DNA of 64,000 nt from positions 2,368,001-2,432,000 of the forward strand of contig OY970192.1 of NCBI GenBank assembly GCA_963708135.1, in the 5' to 3' direction. Made by a program: the position numbers and the translations under genes. Position 1 is the stretch's first letter, and each line of letters begins with the position of its first letter. This document shows, piece by piece, positions 13,051 through 23,502 of this stretch. The notes under the pieces were generated by a model, which did not search any database, was not told where the DNA came from, and saw only the letters and a program-made list of their open reading frames with translations. This stretch comes from an uncultured Gemmatimonadales bacterium (GTDB taxonomy: Bacteria > Gemmatimonadota > Gemmatimonadetes > Longimicrobiales > RSA9).

Positions 13051-14151
13051 TCATTGGGGTCGAACCGGCGCGCCCGGGGGCGCGCCGAAGCGGATCTCGT
13101 CGATGCGACGCTGGGCGCGCTGCACGAGCTGGCCCGTGCGCGCGGGGTTCAGCGCGAGCACCTGCATGTAGCACTCGAGAGCCTCGTCGCGGCGCCCCTC
13201 GGCGAGCAGGATCTCGCCGCGGTGGAACCAGGCCTGGTCCTGCAGGTTCTGCGGCACGCCGAGCGTCAGCGTGGTGGCGAGGTCGTCGAGCGCCTGGTCC
13301 TGCTGGCCGGCCTGGATCTCGCGCCGCGCCAGATCGAAGGCGCAGTTGCCGATGTGCCAGCGGGCCTCGTCCGCGTGCGGCCCTTTCGGCGCGCGGTTCA
13401 GGTACGCCTGGAAGTAGCCCATGGCGTCGCGGCAGCTGCCCTGGTTCTCGTCCAGCACACCGGTCTCCCAGAGCAGCGGCCCGGCGCTGTCGGGCGGCGC
13501 GGCGCCGAGCGCGCGCTCGAAGAAGGCCATGGCCCGGTCCGGATCGCCGTTCGCGCTGTAGTAGCGGGCCAGGGCGGGGGCGAAATCCTGCAGCGGCAGC
13601 CCGGGCCGGAGCGCCAGGGCGGCCTCGACGGCGCTGGCCATCCCGAAGCTGTCCCCGCGCGCCAGCGCTTCGTGGGCCATGCGCAGGTAGTCGAAGACGG
13701 CCTGCCCGGCGTAGGACGAGTCCTGCCTGAGCAGCCGGTCGTAGGCATCGCGCGCGGGCGGCAGGCGCTCCGTCCGGGCGTAGGCGTGCGCCACCCGGAC
13801 CAGCACCGCGGCGTCATCCTGGTGACGGCTGAGCGCGAGCCGGTACTCCGAGAGCGCCCCCACGAAATCCGAGTCCGCCCACAACCGGTCGCCGCGCTGC
13901 ACGGCCGTCTGCTCCGCGCCGCACGCCGGGAGCGCCGCTGCCCCGACCATCACGGCCAGCCAGGCGACGAGGCCGCGCCAGCCCCCCGTCCGTCGCGACG
14001 CGCCGGGGCACGGCGGGTCTCCGGCGCGCGCGCGGAGCGCACGGCGGGCGGCGGCAGGGGCGTCGCCTGCTCCAACGACCGGCTTCGGGGACGGGGTCAC
14101 GGCGGGGATCCGGCGAGGCGCCCGGGCCGCGCGGCGCTCAGCTCGCCTCAC
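13051..14151 (-). CDS. TPR-repeat putative lipoprotein (true start probably downstream of 14151)
   Basis: Hydrophobic stretch ending in LPAC, followed by TPR-like helical repeats. Confidence 0.7.
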   Translation of the reverse strand: MRRAERRAARAPRRIPAVTPSPKPVVGAGDAPAAARRALRARAGDPPCPGASRRTGGWRGLVAWLAVMVGAAALPACGAEQTAVQRGDRLWADSDFVGALSEYRLALSRHQDDAAVLVRVAHAYARTERLPPARDAYDRLLRQDSSYAGQAVFDYLRMAHEALARGDSFGMASAVEAALALRPGLPLQDFAPALARYYSANGDPDRAMAFFERALGAAPPDSAGPLLWETGVLDENQGSCRDAMGYFQAYLNRAPKGPHADEARWHIGNCAFDLARREIQAGQQDQALDDLATTLTLGVPQNLQDQAWFHRGEILLAEGRRDEALECYMQVLALNPARTGQLVQRAQRRIDEIRFGAPPGAPVRPQ

Positions 14152-14869
14152 CGCCCGGGGCGACGGCGGCGCGGCGCTGGAGCATGGCCAGGTAGGCCCG
14201 GACCTGCGGGTTGCCCGGCTGCTGCTCGCTGCACTGCTCCCACTGGCGGGCGGCGTTGTCGAAGCGCTCGCGGCGGAAATTGACCAGGCCGAGGTTCAGG
14301 CGTGCGGCGAGGAAGCGCGGATTGCCCTCGAGCGCGAAGCGCAGCTCCTTCTCGGCCTCCTCCAGCTCGCCGAGCTGGAGGAGCGCCTGCGCGAGCTTGT
14401 TGCGGATGTCGAGGAAGCGCGGCCGCATCCGGAGGGCGACGCGGTACTGGTCCGCGGCCTCGGTGGGCGCGCCCGCCTCGAGGTACAGGTCGCCGAGCGA
14501 GGCATGGGCGTTGGCGAGGCGGGCGGAGATCGCGGCGGGGAACGGCCCCTCCGCCTGGCTCTCGCAGCGCCAGGCGTCCTCGAAGGCCTGCTGTGCCTCC
14601 TCGTAGCGGCCGAGCTCGTTCAGCGTGATCGCGCGGTTCAGGTGCGCCTCGATGTACTCGCCGTTCAGCTCGAGGGCGCGGTCGAACTCCTCCAGCGCCG
14701 CCTCCGGCTGGCCGAGAAAGCTCAGGCACAGCCCGGCCAGGTGGCGGACATCCGCGAAGTGGCCGTGCCGGTCGAGCACCTCGCGGAAGTCCGCGAGCGC
14801 GGCCGCGTAGTCGCGTCGCTCGAAGGCCTGCCTGCCGCGATCGATCAACTGGTCGGTGTTGAGCTCCAT
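14138..14869 (-). CDS. Tetratricopeptide repeat protein
   Basis: Multiple TPR units ([32 protein letters not shown]). Confidence 0.88.
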   Translation of the reverse strand: MELNTDQLIDRGRQAFERRDYAAALADFREVLDRHGHFADVRHLAGLCLSFLGQPEAALEEFDRALELNGEYIEAHLNRAITLNELGRYEEAQQAFEDAWRCESQAEGPFPAAISARLANAHASLGDLYLEAGAPTEAADQYRVALRMRPRFLDIRNKLAQALLQLGELEEAEKELRFALEGNPRFLAARLNLGLVNFRRERFDNAARQWEQCSEQQPGNPQVRAYLAMLQRRAAVAPGGEAS

Positions 14870-15006
14870 GGGCAGGAAAGATAAGCCGCCACGCCGCGGG
14901 GCGCCACTGCGTACGGGCGCCGCCAGCGCGCTTTCCCCGCGGCGCGAAGGGGTCTAACTTCCGCGTGGCCGGAGGGGTCCGGCACGAACCCGAGAGAGGT
15001 CCACAC

Positions 15007-15966
15007 ATGCGCGTTCTGATCACCGGCGCGGCCGGATTCCTGGGGTCCCACCTGTGCGACCGCTTCCTGGCCGACGGCCACGAGGTGGTCGGAGTGGACA
15101 ATTTCGTCACCGGCGACCCGGCCAATCTCGCGCACCTGGAAGACGAGGCGGGCTTCCAGCTCGTGGAGCACGACGTGACCCGCTTCATCGACGTGCCCGG
15201 CCGGCTCGACGGGGTGCTCCACCTGGCCAGCCCGGCGAGTCCCGTGGACTACCTCGAGCTGCCCATCGAGACGCTGAAGGTAGGGAGCGCGGGGACGCAC
15301 AACGCGCTCGGCCTGGCCCGGGCCAGGCACGCCCGCTTCCTGCTCGCCTCCACCTCCGAGGTCTACGGCGATCCGCACGTGCACCCGCAGCCCGAGAGCT
15401 ACTGGGGCAACGTCAACCCGATCGGGCCGCGCAGCGTCTACGACGAGGCCAAGCGCTTCGCCGAGGCGCTGACCATGGCGTACCACCGGCGCCACGGCCT
15501 GGACGTGCGCATCATCCGCATCTTCAACACGTACGGCCCGCGCATGCGCCCCGGCGACGGGCGAGTGGTCTCCAACTTCATCGTGCAGGCGCTCTCGGCC
15601 GAGCCGATCACCGTCTACGGCGACGGCTCACAGACCCGCTCGTTCTGCTATGCCAGCGACGAGGTCGAGGGCATCTACCGCCTCTTCCTTTCGGACGAGG
15701 TCGGGCCGGTGAACGTCGGGAACCCGGACGAGTTCACGATCCTCGAGCTGGCGGAGCTGGTCCTCGAGCTGACGGGCAGCGGCTCCACGATCGGGCGGCG
15801 TCCGCTCCCCGCCGACGACCCGAAGCTCCGGCGTCCCGACATCTCGCTCGCCCGCCGCTCGCTCGGCTGGGAGCCGCGGGTGCCGCTCCGCGAGGGGCTC
15901 GAGCGGACGATCCCGTACTTCCGCGCGCTGGTCGGCCGCGAGGGGGCGGTCGCCCGGACGCTCTGA
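15007..15966 (+). CDS. UDP-glucuronate decarboxylase (UDP-xylose synthase) family
   Basis: [47 protein letters not shown] and DGRVVSNF motifs. Confidence 0.93.
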   Translation: MRVLITGAAGFLGSHLCDRFLADGHEVVGVDNFVTGDPANLAHLEDEAGFQLVEHDVTRFIDVPGRLDGVLHLASPASPVDYLELPIETLKVGSAGTHNALGLARARHARFLLASTSEVYGDPHVHPQPESYWGNVNPIGPRSVYDEAKRFAEALTMAYHRRHGLDVRIIRIFNTYGPRMRPGDGRVVSNFIVQALSAEPITVYGDGSQTRSFCYASDEVEGIYRLFLSDEVGPVNVGNPDEFTILELAELVLELTGSGSTIGRRPLPADDPKLRRPDISLARRSLGWEPRVPLREGLERTIPYFRALVGREGAVARTL

Positions 15967-15984
15967 GCGGCGGTGCCTCCTCGC

Positions 15985-16020
15985 GAAAAGGGCCGCGCGG
16001 CATGCCGCGCGGCCCTTTTC
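15985..16020. terminator. Bidirectional intrinsic terminator (perfect 36-bp palindrome)
   Basis: GAAAAGGGCCGCGCGGCATGCCGCGCGGCCCTTTTC between convergent genes. Confidence 0.85.
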
Positions 16021-16058
16021 CGCGTACTTCCCGGCGGCGCGCCGGCCGCCCGGACGGC

Positions 16059-17396
16059 TCAGTCCGCCGCCACGACCCTGCGGCGCAGCGCCGCGTCGCC
16101 GCGGCCGATGCTCACGTAGTCGAAGCCGAGCTCCCGCATCCGCGCCGGATCGAACAGATTCCGGCCGTCGAGGATGAGCGGCCGACGCAGCACCGACCTG
16201 AGGCGCTCGAAGTCCGGCCGGCGGTAGGGCTTCCATTCGGTGAGCACGAGCACGGCGTCGGCGCCCTCGGCGGCGTCGTAGTAGTTGCGGCAGTATGTGA
16301 CGGCGTCGCCGAAATGGCGGCGCGCCTCGGCCAGCGCCTGCGGATCGTGCACGCGGACGCGCGCGCCGCGCTCGAGGAGGCCGCGTATCACTACGAGCGA
16401 GGGCGCCTCCCGCATGTCATCGGTCTCCGGCTTGAAGCTGAGGCCCCAGACGGCGAAAGTCGCGGAGGCGAGGTCGGAACCGAAGCGGGCCTCGACGCGC
16501 TCCAGCAGCAGCCGCTTCTGCCCATTGTTGATTGCCTCGGCGGCCTCCAGGATGCCGGCATCCACGCCGCGCTCGCGGAGGGTGCGGATCAGCGCCTTCA
16601 CGTCCTTCGGGAAGCAGCTCCCGCCGTAGCCCACGCCGGGGAACAGGAACGCCGAGCCGATGCGCTCGTCGGTGCCGACGCCCATGCGCACCAGGTCCAC
16701 GTCGGCGCCCACCGCGGTGCACAGGCGGGAGATCATGTTCATGAACGAGATGCGGGTGGCGAGCATCGCGTTGGCCGCGTACTTGGTGATCTCGGCCGAC
16801 GCGATGTCCATGAAGAGGATCGGGTTGCCGGTCCGCACGAACGGCGCGTACAGGTCCTCGAGCACGCGCTTGGCGTAGTCGGAGTCCACCCCGACCACCA
16901 CGCGGTCCGGCTTCATGAAATCGTCCACCGCCGCCCCCTCCTTCAGGAACTCGGGGTTGGAGCAGACATGGACCGGGACCGTCGTGTGCTCCTCGATCAC
17001 CGCGCGCACCTTGGCCGCCGTGCCGACGGGGACGGTGCTCTTGGTGATCACGACCTTCTCGGCGTCCAGGTTCTCGCCGATCGTGCGGGCCACCGACAGC
17101 ACGTGCTGCAGATCGGCGCTGCCGTCCTCTTCGGGCGGCGTGCCGACCGCGATGAAGATGGTGTCGGAGCTGCGCACGGCCTCGCCCACGTCCGTGGTGA
17201 AGCGCAGCCGCCCATCCTCGAGGTTCCGCCTCACGAGCGGCTCGAGCCCGGGCTCGTAGATGGGGATCTCGCCGGCGGAGAGCCGCCGGACCTTGTCCGC
17301 GTCGATGTCGGCGCAGACCACGTCGTTGCCGGTCTCGGCGAAGCCGGCGCCGGCCACCAGCCCGACGTACCCGGTGCCGATGATCGCGACCTTCAT
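16059..17396 (-). CDS. ugd: UDP-glucose 6-dehydrogenase
   Basis: GTGYVGL, SNPEFLKEG, GYGGSCFPKD and FKPETDDMRE motifs. Confidence 0.95.
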   Translation of the reverse strand: MKVAIIGTGYVGLVAGAGFAETGNDVVCADIDADKVRRLSAGEIPIYEPGLEPLVRRNLEDGRLRFTTDVGEAVRSSDTIFIAVGTPPEEDGSADLQHVLSVARTIGENLDAEKVVITKSTVPVGTAAKVRAVIEEHTTVPVHVCSNPEFLKEGAAVDDFMKPDRVVVGVDSDYAKRVLEDLYAPFVRTGNPILFMDIASAEITKYAANAMLATRISFMNMISRLCTAVGADVDLVRMGVGTDERIGSAFLFPGVGYGGSCFPKDVKALIRTLRERGVDAGILEAAEAINNGQKRLLLERVEARFGSDLASATFAVWGLSFKPETDDMREAPSLVVIRGLLERGARVRVHDPQALAEARRHFGDAVTYCRNYYDAAEGADAVLVLTEWKPYRRPDFERLRSVLRRPLILDGRNLFDPARMRELGFDYVSIGRGDAALRRRVVAAD

Positions 17397-17408
17397 GGAC
17401 CCTCTCGT

Positions 17409-18392
17409 TCAGGCGTTGAGCTCGGCGGCCGCCGCGGCGACCGGGGTGCGCAGGCGTCCCTCGATCCAGCGGTAGGTCCGGCGCAGCCCCTCCTCCAGCG
17501 GGACGCGCGGCTCCCAGCCGAGCACCTCGCGCAGCCGGCGGTTGTCGCTGTTGCGCCCCCGCACGCCCTGCGGCTTGGTCGGATCGTAGCGCTTGTGGAT
17601 GGTCTTGCCGGCGATGTCCGCCACGATGTCCACCAGCTCGTTGATCGTGATCATCCGGTCCTGGCCGAGGTTGATCGGCTCCGCGTGGCCGGAGCCCATC
17701 AGCCGGCAGATCCCCTCCACGCAGTCCTCAATGTAACAGTAGGACCGGGTCTGGCGCCCGTCCCCCCACACCTCGATCGTGTCCTCGACCTCCGCGAGCG
17801 CCACCTTCCGGCAGATCGCCGCCGGCGACTTCTCGCGACCGCCCTGGTAGGTGCCGAGCGGGCCGAAGATGTTGTGGAACCGGACCACCCGCGTCTCGAG
17901 GCCGTAGTCCTCGCGGTAGTGCCGGCACAGCCGCTCCGTCCACAGCTTCTCCCACCCGTAGCCGTCCTCGGGGTCTGCGGGGTAGGCATCCTCCTCGCGC
18001 AGGGGCGCCACGTCCGTCCGGTCCTGCCGGTACCCCGGGTACACGCAGGCCGAGGACGTGTAGAGCAGCCGCGCACAGCCGTTCCGCCGCGCCGCTTCGA
18101 GCGTGTGGACGTTGATCAGCACGTTGTTGTGCATGATCACCGCCTTGTGCGACTCGATGTAGCCGATCCCGCCCATGTCCGCCGCCAGCGCGTACACCTG
18201 CTCGACCCCGCGCGTGGCGGCGAGGCAGGCCTTCTCCGTGCGCAGGTCGAGGCGCAGGAACTCGTGTGCGCGCGTCGGCTCGAACTCCGGCTCCTTCACG
18301 TCCACACCGCGTACCCAACACCCGCGCTCCACCAGATGGTTCACCAGATGATGGCCGATGAAGCCGCCCGCTCCCGTGACCAGAACTCGCAT
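17409..18392 (-). CDS. GDP-mannose 3,5-epimerase-like extended SDR
   Basis: AADMGGIGYI, SSACVYP, YGWEKL and GGREKSPAAICRK motifs, typical of the GME subfamily. Confidence 0.85.
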   Translation of the reverse strand: MRVLVTGAGGFIGHHLVNHLVERGCWVRGVDVKEPEFEPTRAHEFLRLDLRTEKACLAATRGVEQVYALAADMGGIGYIESHKAVIMHNNVLINVHTLEAARRNGCARLLYTSSACVYPGYRQDRTDVAPLREEDAYPADPEDGYGWEKLWTERLCRHYREDYGLETRVVRFHNIFGPLGTYQGGREKSPAAICRKVALAEVEDTIEVWGDGRQTRSYCYIEDCVEGICRLMGSGHAEPINLGQDRMITINELVDIVADIAGKTIHKRYDPTKPQGVRGRNSDNRRLREVLGWEPRVPLEEGLRRTYRWIEGRLRTPVAAAAAELNA

Positions 18393-18523
18393 CCCCCTCG
18401 CTCCCATCCTCACTGTTTTCCGTTGTGGCCCCGCCCTTGCTTGCGGGCTGCCGCGGCCGGGGCCCGGCCTCCGGCCATCGGCGGCCCCACGGCGCCCCGC
18501 CCGCACAAAAAGGACCGCGCTCG

Positions 18524-20200
18524 ATGAACTTCAGACTGGCCCTGCTGGCGATCGGCTGCCTGGTGGCCGGCCGGACCGTGCTCCACGCCCAGGGCGCGCC
18601 GGACTCCGCGCACGCCGACGCGGCGGACTCCCCGCCCCTGTCGGTCGACCCGCGCGCGCCCGACGCGGACTACGAGCGCCTGCTCGAGCTCCTCGGGCGC
18701 GCGCCCGCCCGCCCCTGGCTCCTGCTGCGCGGCTCGGACCCGGAGCGCCGCCTCCGCGCGCCGAGCGCGGACGCGGGCCCGTGGGCCGCGCGCCTGAGGC
18801 AGGACGTGCTCCATCCACCCGGTGCCTTCCGCCTGCTGCCGGTGCAGCTGTACTCCGTCTACAACAGCGCCTATCCCGTGCCGGCCGCTGACGGGCCGCT
18901 CTGGGCGGGGCGGGGCGAGTCCGCCAGCGTCGCGTTCGGCTTCACCGCGCGCGCGGGCCCGCTCACCGTCCAGCTCGACCCGATGGCCACCTACCAGGAG
19001 AACCGCGCCTTCGCCTTCCCCGCGTCCACGATCCCCGGGTACTCGCCGTACCTGTACTTCCGGCACGGCGCGACCATCGACTGGCCGCAGCGCTTCGGCG
19101 ACCGGGCCTTCGGCGGCCTCGATCCCGGGCAGAGCGCGGTGCGCCTCGACGTGGCCGGCTTCGCCGCGGGGGCCTCCACGGAGAACCTGTGGTGGGGCCC
19201 CGCGCGCTTCGAGCCGATCCTCATGAGCGACGCGGGGCCTGGCATCCCGCACGTCTTCATCGGGACGGGCCGTCCGAAGGGCATCGGGATCGGCACCGTC
19301 GAGGCGCGGGCGGTCTGGGGTCATCTGTCCGAGTCGAAGTACTTCGATGCCGATCCCACGAACGACACTCGCCTGTTCGCGGGATTCGTCGGCGGTTTCA
19401 CGCCCCGCCCGTTCCCCGCGCTCTCGGTGGGAGGAGCGCGCACGTACGTGGAGGCGATCCCGGCGGGCGGCTTGTCGCTCTCCCGGCAGATCCTGGATGC
19501 CTATCACCACGCCGCCACGAACCTGAGGATGGACAACCAGCTACTCGAGCTGTTCGCCCGCTTCGCGCCGCCGGGCAGCGGGCTCGAGGCCTACGCCGAA
19601 TGGGCGCGCGAGGACTCCTGGTCCACCCTGCGGGACCTGAGCCTCGAGCCGGACCACTCGCAGGGCTACACCCTCGGGTTTCAGGCGGTGGTGCCGCGCG
19701 ACGGCCGGTGGTACCGCATCTATGGAGAGCTCACCCACCTCGGCACGTCCGCCAGCCTGCGCACCGGCCGCGGCGATGTCACCTTCTACGTCCACGGCGA
19801 CGGCGTCTCCTACACGCAGCGCGGGCAGCTCATCGGCGCGCCGATCGGCCCCGGCTCGAACGCCGAGACCCTGGGAGGCGACGTCTTCACCGCCTGGGGC
19901 CGCGTGGGCCTACTGTTCCGGCGAGTGGCGCACGACGACGACGCGTACTATGCGCTCTTCGCTCCGTGGTACGACTACCGGGGCAGCGACGTGGAGCTGG
20001 TGGGCGGGCTCGAGGGTGTCGTCTTCCTCGGGCCCATACAGGCATCCTGGAGCGCCTCGTACCGCCCCCGCTACAACCGCGACTTCCTGGACCTGAACGG
20101 GCAGCAGGCCGCGACGAGCGTGGACCGCGACCTGCGCCTCGAGCTCGGCCTCGGCTGGATCCCCGCTCTCCCCGGGAACGGGGCGGGGGGCCGCCGGTGA
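18524..20200 (+). CDS. Capsule assembly Wzi-family outer membrane beta-barrel
   Basis: Signal peptide; STENLWWGP...ILMSDAGPG motif; aromatic-rich beta-strand pattern; located in a polysaccharide locus. Confidence 0.75.
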   Translation: MNFRLALLAIGCLVAGRTVLHAQGAPDSAHADAADSPPLSVDPRAPDADYERLLELLGRAPARPWLLLRGSDPERRLRAPSADAGPWAARLRQDVLHPPGAFRLLPVQLYSVYNSAYPVPAADGPLWAGRGESASVAFGFTARAGPLTVQLDPMATYQENRAFAFPASTIPGYSPYLYFRHGATIDWPQRFGDRAFGGLDPGQSAVRLDVAGFAAGASTENLWWGPARFEPILMSDAGPGIPHVFIGTGRPKGIGIGTVEARAVWGHLSESKYFDADPTNDTRLFAGFVGGFTPRPFPALSVGGARTYVEAIPAGGLSLSRQILDAYHHAATNLRMDNQLLELFARFAPPGSGLEAYAEWAREDSWSTLRDLSLEPDHSQGYTLGFQAVVPRDGRWYRIYGELTHLGTSASLRTGRGDVTFYVHGDGVSYTQRGQLIGAPIGPGSNAETLGGDVFTAWGRVGLLFRRVAHDDDAYYALFAPWYDYRGSDVELVGGLEGVVFLGPIQASWSASYRPRYNRDFLDLNGQQAATSVDRDLRLELGLGWIPALPGNGAGGRR

Positions 20201-20220
20201 GCGTGGGGCGAGCCCTCCGC

Positions 20221-21147
20221 TCAGGGACCGTAGCGGCCGAGGACGTGGGCCAGACTGCCCGTCACTGCCCCGCGCATCTGGCGCACGGCCCAGCGCCAGC
20301 GGACGGGGATCTCCGGCCACAGAGCGGGCACGAGCAGCGCACGCGCGAACCAGACCCAGATGGCCACGGAATCGCGGGCCACGAGGGCGGCCACGCGTCC
20401 GGTCGAGAGGCCGAAGTTCTTGTGGAAGAAGAGGTAGCGGTTGCGGTTCGTGTAGTGGAAGTAGCCGTGCCAGGGCACGGCGTCCTTCTCTTGCCAGGCG
20501 GCGGCGGCGGTCGCGACGAGGACGGTCCAGCCCGCCTGGCGGACGCGGTGGCAGAGGTCCACCTCCTCGAAATAGATGAAGAAGCGCGGGTCCAGCCCGC
20601 CCGTCTGCTGCAGGGCCTCGCGGCGCAGCAGCATACAGCAGCCGTCCACCCATTCCACCTCGTAGTCGCGCGGCTCCCGCACCGCCCGCAGCTGCGGCGC
20701 CCGAGCGCGCCGGATCTCCAGCGCACCGCCGCCGCTGAAGACGCGCTCCGGCTGGTCCCGGTAGTAGAGGACCGGACCGACGATGCCGGCGCCGGGCGCG
20801 GCGTCCGCCGCGCGCACCATCTCCCGGACCGCGTCGGGCGCGAGGGTCATGTCGCGGGTGAGGAGCAGCGCGTAGGGCGCATCGCTGCCCTCGAGCCAGT
20901 GCTCGATCCCCGCGTTCATGCCGCCTACGTAGCCGGTGTTCTCCGGCAGCGCGAGCACGCGCCCCTCCCCGAAGCGGGCGCGCAGGATGGCGGCGCTGCC
21001 ATCCTCGCTGCCATTGTCCACGATCACGAAATCGAGCGGCACGCCGCGCGAGGCGGCGAGCGAGTCCGCGCAGCGCGTGGCGGCTGGGTGACTCCTCCAG
21101 CTCAGGATCACCCCGAGCACGCGCGGCGCCGTGGGCCCGCCGCTCAC
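20221..21147 (-). CDS. Glycosyltransferase family 2
   Basis: VDNGSED, NTGYVGGMN, GCCMLLR and FFIYFEEVDLC motifs; GTG start overlaps the upstream TGA. Confidence 0.9.
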   Translation of the reverse strand: MSGGPTAPRVLGVILSWRSHPAATRCADSLAASRGVPLDFVIVDNGSEDGSAAILRARFGEGRVLALPENTGYVGGMNAGIEHWLEGSDAPYALLLTRDMTLAPDAVREMVRAADAAPGAGIVGPVLYYRDQPERVFSGGGALEIRRARAPQLRAVREPRDYEVEWVDGCCMLLRREALQQTGGLDPRFFIYFEEVDLCHRVRQAGWTVLVATAAAAWQEKDAVPWHGYFHYTNRNRYLFFHKNFGLSTGRVAALVARDSVAIWVWFARALLVPALWPEIPVRWRWAVRQMRGAVTGSLAHVLGRYGP

Positions 21148-22202
21148 GGGACGGCGCTCGGCTGAACGTGGCCGAGCAGCCGCTGCAGCAGCGCAGGCCG
21201 GCGCAGCGCGGAATACCCCTGCGCGATCAGGGGAGCGGCGGCCCGCCGGGGGAGGCCGGCGACGGCCAGGAACCAGGCCGCACCGAGCCCGCGACGGAGC
21301 GGGCGGGAGGAGCGGTCGCGCAGCGCGGCCGCCGCGCCGCGCGCGGCGAGCACCCCGACGCGGTCGTGGGGATAGGGATGCCCGGGCGGATCGAGCTTGA
21401 GGGAGGCGATACGGGCCTGGAGATGCTCCGGGTTGCGCATGAGCCAGTCCGGGGGCGCCGCTCCGTTGGGCCCCGCCGCCGGCGCGAAGGCGCGCAGCGC
21501 AGTCTCGCGCCGCTCGTCGCACTCGAGGAACGCGCGCAGGCGGCCCGCGGACACGCAGTCCGCCATCCAGAGGTTGCCGCCGTGGATCCGGTAGTAGCCG
21601 AGCGGCCGGTGGATCGAGACGACCTCGCCGAGAAACGGGGCGAGCAGGGTGAGATACGCATCCGCGGAGGCGCGCCACTCCGGCTCCGGCATGGGCAGCA
21701 GCCTCTCCAGCACGACGCGCGGGAACAGGTTGCCGCTCATCGGCGGGCTGGGATAGTGGCCCGAGGCGCGGATGAGCGGCCGGACGTCGCCCTGGGGAAG
21801 CCGCCCGCCCGGGACCCGCAACCCGGCTGGCCGCCCCTCCGCGTCCACGCGCAGCAGCGGGAACTGGACCTTGGCCACACCCGGCCGCCACGCCGCGGCG
21901 GCGACGACAGCCGCGTCCGGGAGGAGGGCGTCATCGGAATCGAGGAACAGCACCAGGTCGCCCCGGCAAGCCGCGAAGCCCGCGTTCAGCGCGGAGGCCT
22001 GGCCGCCGTGCGGCTTGAGCAGCGCGGTGACCGCATCGCCGTAACCGGCGATCAGCTCCCGGGAGCCGTCCGTCGAGCCGTCGTCCACGACCACCACCTC
22101 CACGTCCGCTCCCCGCTGTTCGAGCGCGCTCTCGATGGCGCGGGGCAGGAAGCGGGCGTAGTCGCGGTTGTCAATGACGATGCTGACCAGCGGGCGGACC
22201 AT
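21144..22202 (-). CDS. Glycosyltransferase family 2
   Basis: VVDDGSTD, GQASALNAG and FLDSDD motifs. Confidence 0.92.
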   Translation of the reverse strand: MVRPLVSIVIDNRDYARFLPRAIESALEQRGADVEVVVVDDGSTDGSRELIAGYGDAVTALLKPHGGQASALNAGFAACRGDLVLFLDSDDALLPDAAVVAAAAWRPGVAKVQFPLLRVDAEGRPAGLRVPGGRLPQGDVRPLIRASGHYPSPPMSGNLFPRVVLERLLPMPEPEWRASADAYLTLLAPFLGEVVSIHRPLGYYRIHGGNLWMADCVSAGRLRAFLECDERRETALRAFAPAAGPNGAAPPDWLMRNPEHLQARIASLKLDPPGHPYPHDRVGVLAARGAAAALRDRSSRPLRRGLGAAWFLAVAGLPRRAAAPLIAQGYSALRRPALLQRLLGHVQPSAVP

Positions 22203-22300
22203 GCCTCCCCTCAATGCCGGGCGCGCACCACGCGCCCGGCAGGATTCGAACGAGCCGAAGCTCGGCTCCGGATGCGACCCCGGCGGGTCGGAGGACGCTC

Positions 22301-23497
22301 ATGCACAGAATGACCGGCGGGTGGGCCCTGCTTCCCCTGTCGATGCTGGCCCTTTCCTGCGGCAGGGATGCCGCCGCGCCCACGACGGCCGCCCCGGCCC
22401 CGGCTCCCGTCTCGTGGGCCGTCGTGACCGCCGGCCGGGACCACACCTGCGCCCTCACGACCACCGGCGCGGCCTACTGCTGGGGCCGCGGTGCCGAGCT
22501 CCAGCTCGGCGACGAGGACTCCGCCGCCGCCATCATCCCCGTCCCCGTCGCTGGCGGGCTGCGCTTCGGCACGATCGCGGCCGGGGACCGGCACACCTGC
22601 GCCATCGCCGTGGCCGGCCCGCTCTACTGCTGGGGGACCGGGGACGTGGGACAGCTCGCCTGGGGGAAGGCCGGGACGAGCGGGGCACCCGTGGCCGCGG
22701 CCGGCGGCCACACGCTCGCCGGCGTGCTCACCGCGGGCGACGCCCACACCTGCGCGCTCGATGCGGACGGAACCGCCTTCTGCTGGGGATGGAACTACGA
22801 TGGCCAGCTCGGAGTCGGCGCCAGCTTCAACCTGCTCCAGCCCGAGGCGGTCGTGGGCGGGCTGCGCTTCGTCAGCCTGAGCGCCGGCGGCGACCACACG
22901 TGCGGGGTCACGCGCGATGGCGAGGCGTACTGCTGGGGACAGGGCGCCGACGGCCAGCTCGGCGACGGCCGGACGGAGAGCACGAGGACGCCCGTGGCCG
23001 TGGGCGGCGCCGCCCGCTTCACCGCGATCGCCGCGGGACCGGGCTTCACCTGCGCCATCGCCGGGGGAGGCAAGCCGTACTGCTGGGGGGCCGGGAAGGC
23101 GGGGCAGCTCGGCGACGGCGCCACCGCCGACGCGGCCACGCCCGTGGCGGTCGCGACCGACGTGGCCTTCACCGCGCTCACCGCCGGTGCGGAGCACGCG
23201 TGCGGCCTCGCCACGGACGGCTCCGCGTACTGCTGGGGGCGCAACGACTACGGCCGGCTCGGGACGGGCCAGGCGACGGTCGTGCAGGCCACGCCCGCGC
23301 CCGTGGCCGGCGGGCTCCACTTCACCGCCCTGAGCGCCGGACTGCTGCATACGTGCGGCGTGGCGACGGACGGCGGGCTCTACTGCTGGGGCTTCGCCGG
23401 GTACGGCCAGCTCGGCACCGGCTCCATCCTGTCCTCTCCCGTGCCGGCGCGCGTGGCGGAGCCGCCGGCACACGACTCGACCGGCACCGGCGGCTGA
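22301..23497 (+). CDS. RCC1/BLIP-II beta-propeller lipoprotein
   Basis: Lipobox LALSC; seven AGxxHTC...YCWG...GQLG repeats; GGAGG SD. Confidence 0.9.
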   Translation: MHRMTGGWALLPLSMLALSCGRDAAAPTTAAPAPAPVSWAVVTAGRDHTCALTTTGAAYCWGRGAELQLGDEDSAAAIIPVPVAGGLRFGTIAAGDRHTCAIAVAGPLYCWGTGDVGQLAWGKAGTSGAPVAAAGGHTLAGVLTAGDAHTCALDADGTAFCWGWNYDGQLGVGASFNLLQPEAVVGGLRFVSLSAGGDHTCGVTRDGEAYCWGQGADGQLGDGRTESTRTPVAVGGAARFTAIAAGPGFTCAIAGGGKPYCWGAGKAGQLGDGATADAATPVAVATDVAFTALTAGAEHACGLATDGSAYCWGRNDYGRLGTGQATVVQATPAPVAGGLHFTALSAGLLHTCGVATDGGLYCWGFAGYGQLGTGSILSSPVPARVAEPPAHDSTGTGG

Positions 23498-23502
23498 GGG
23501 CC

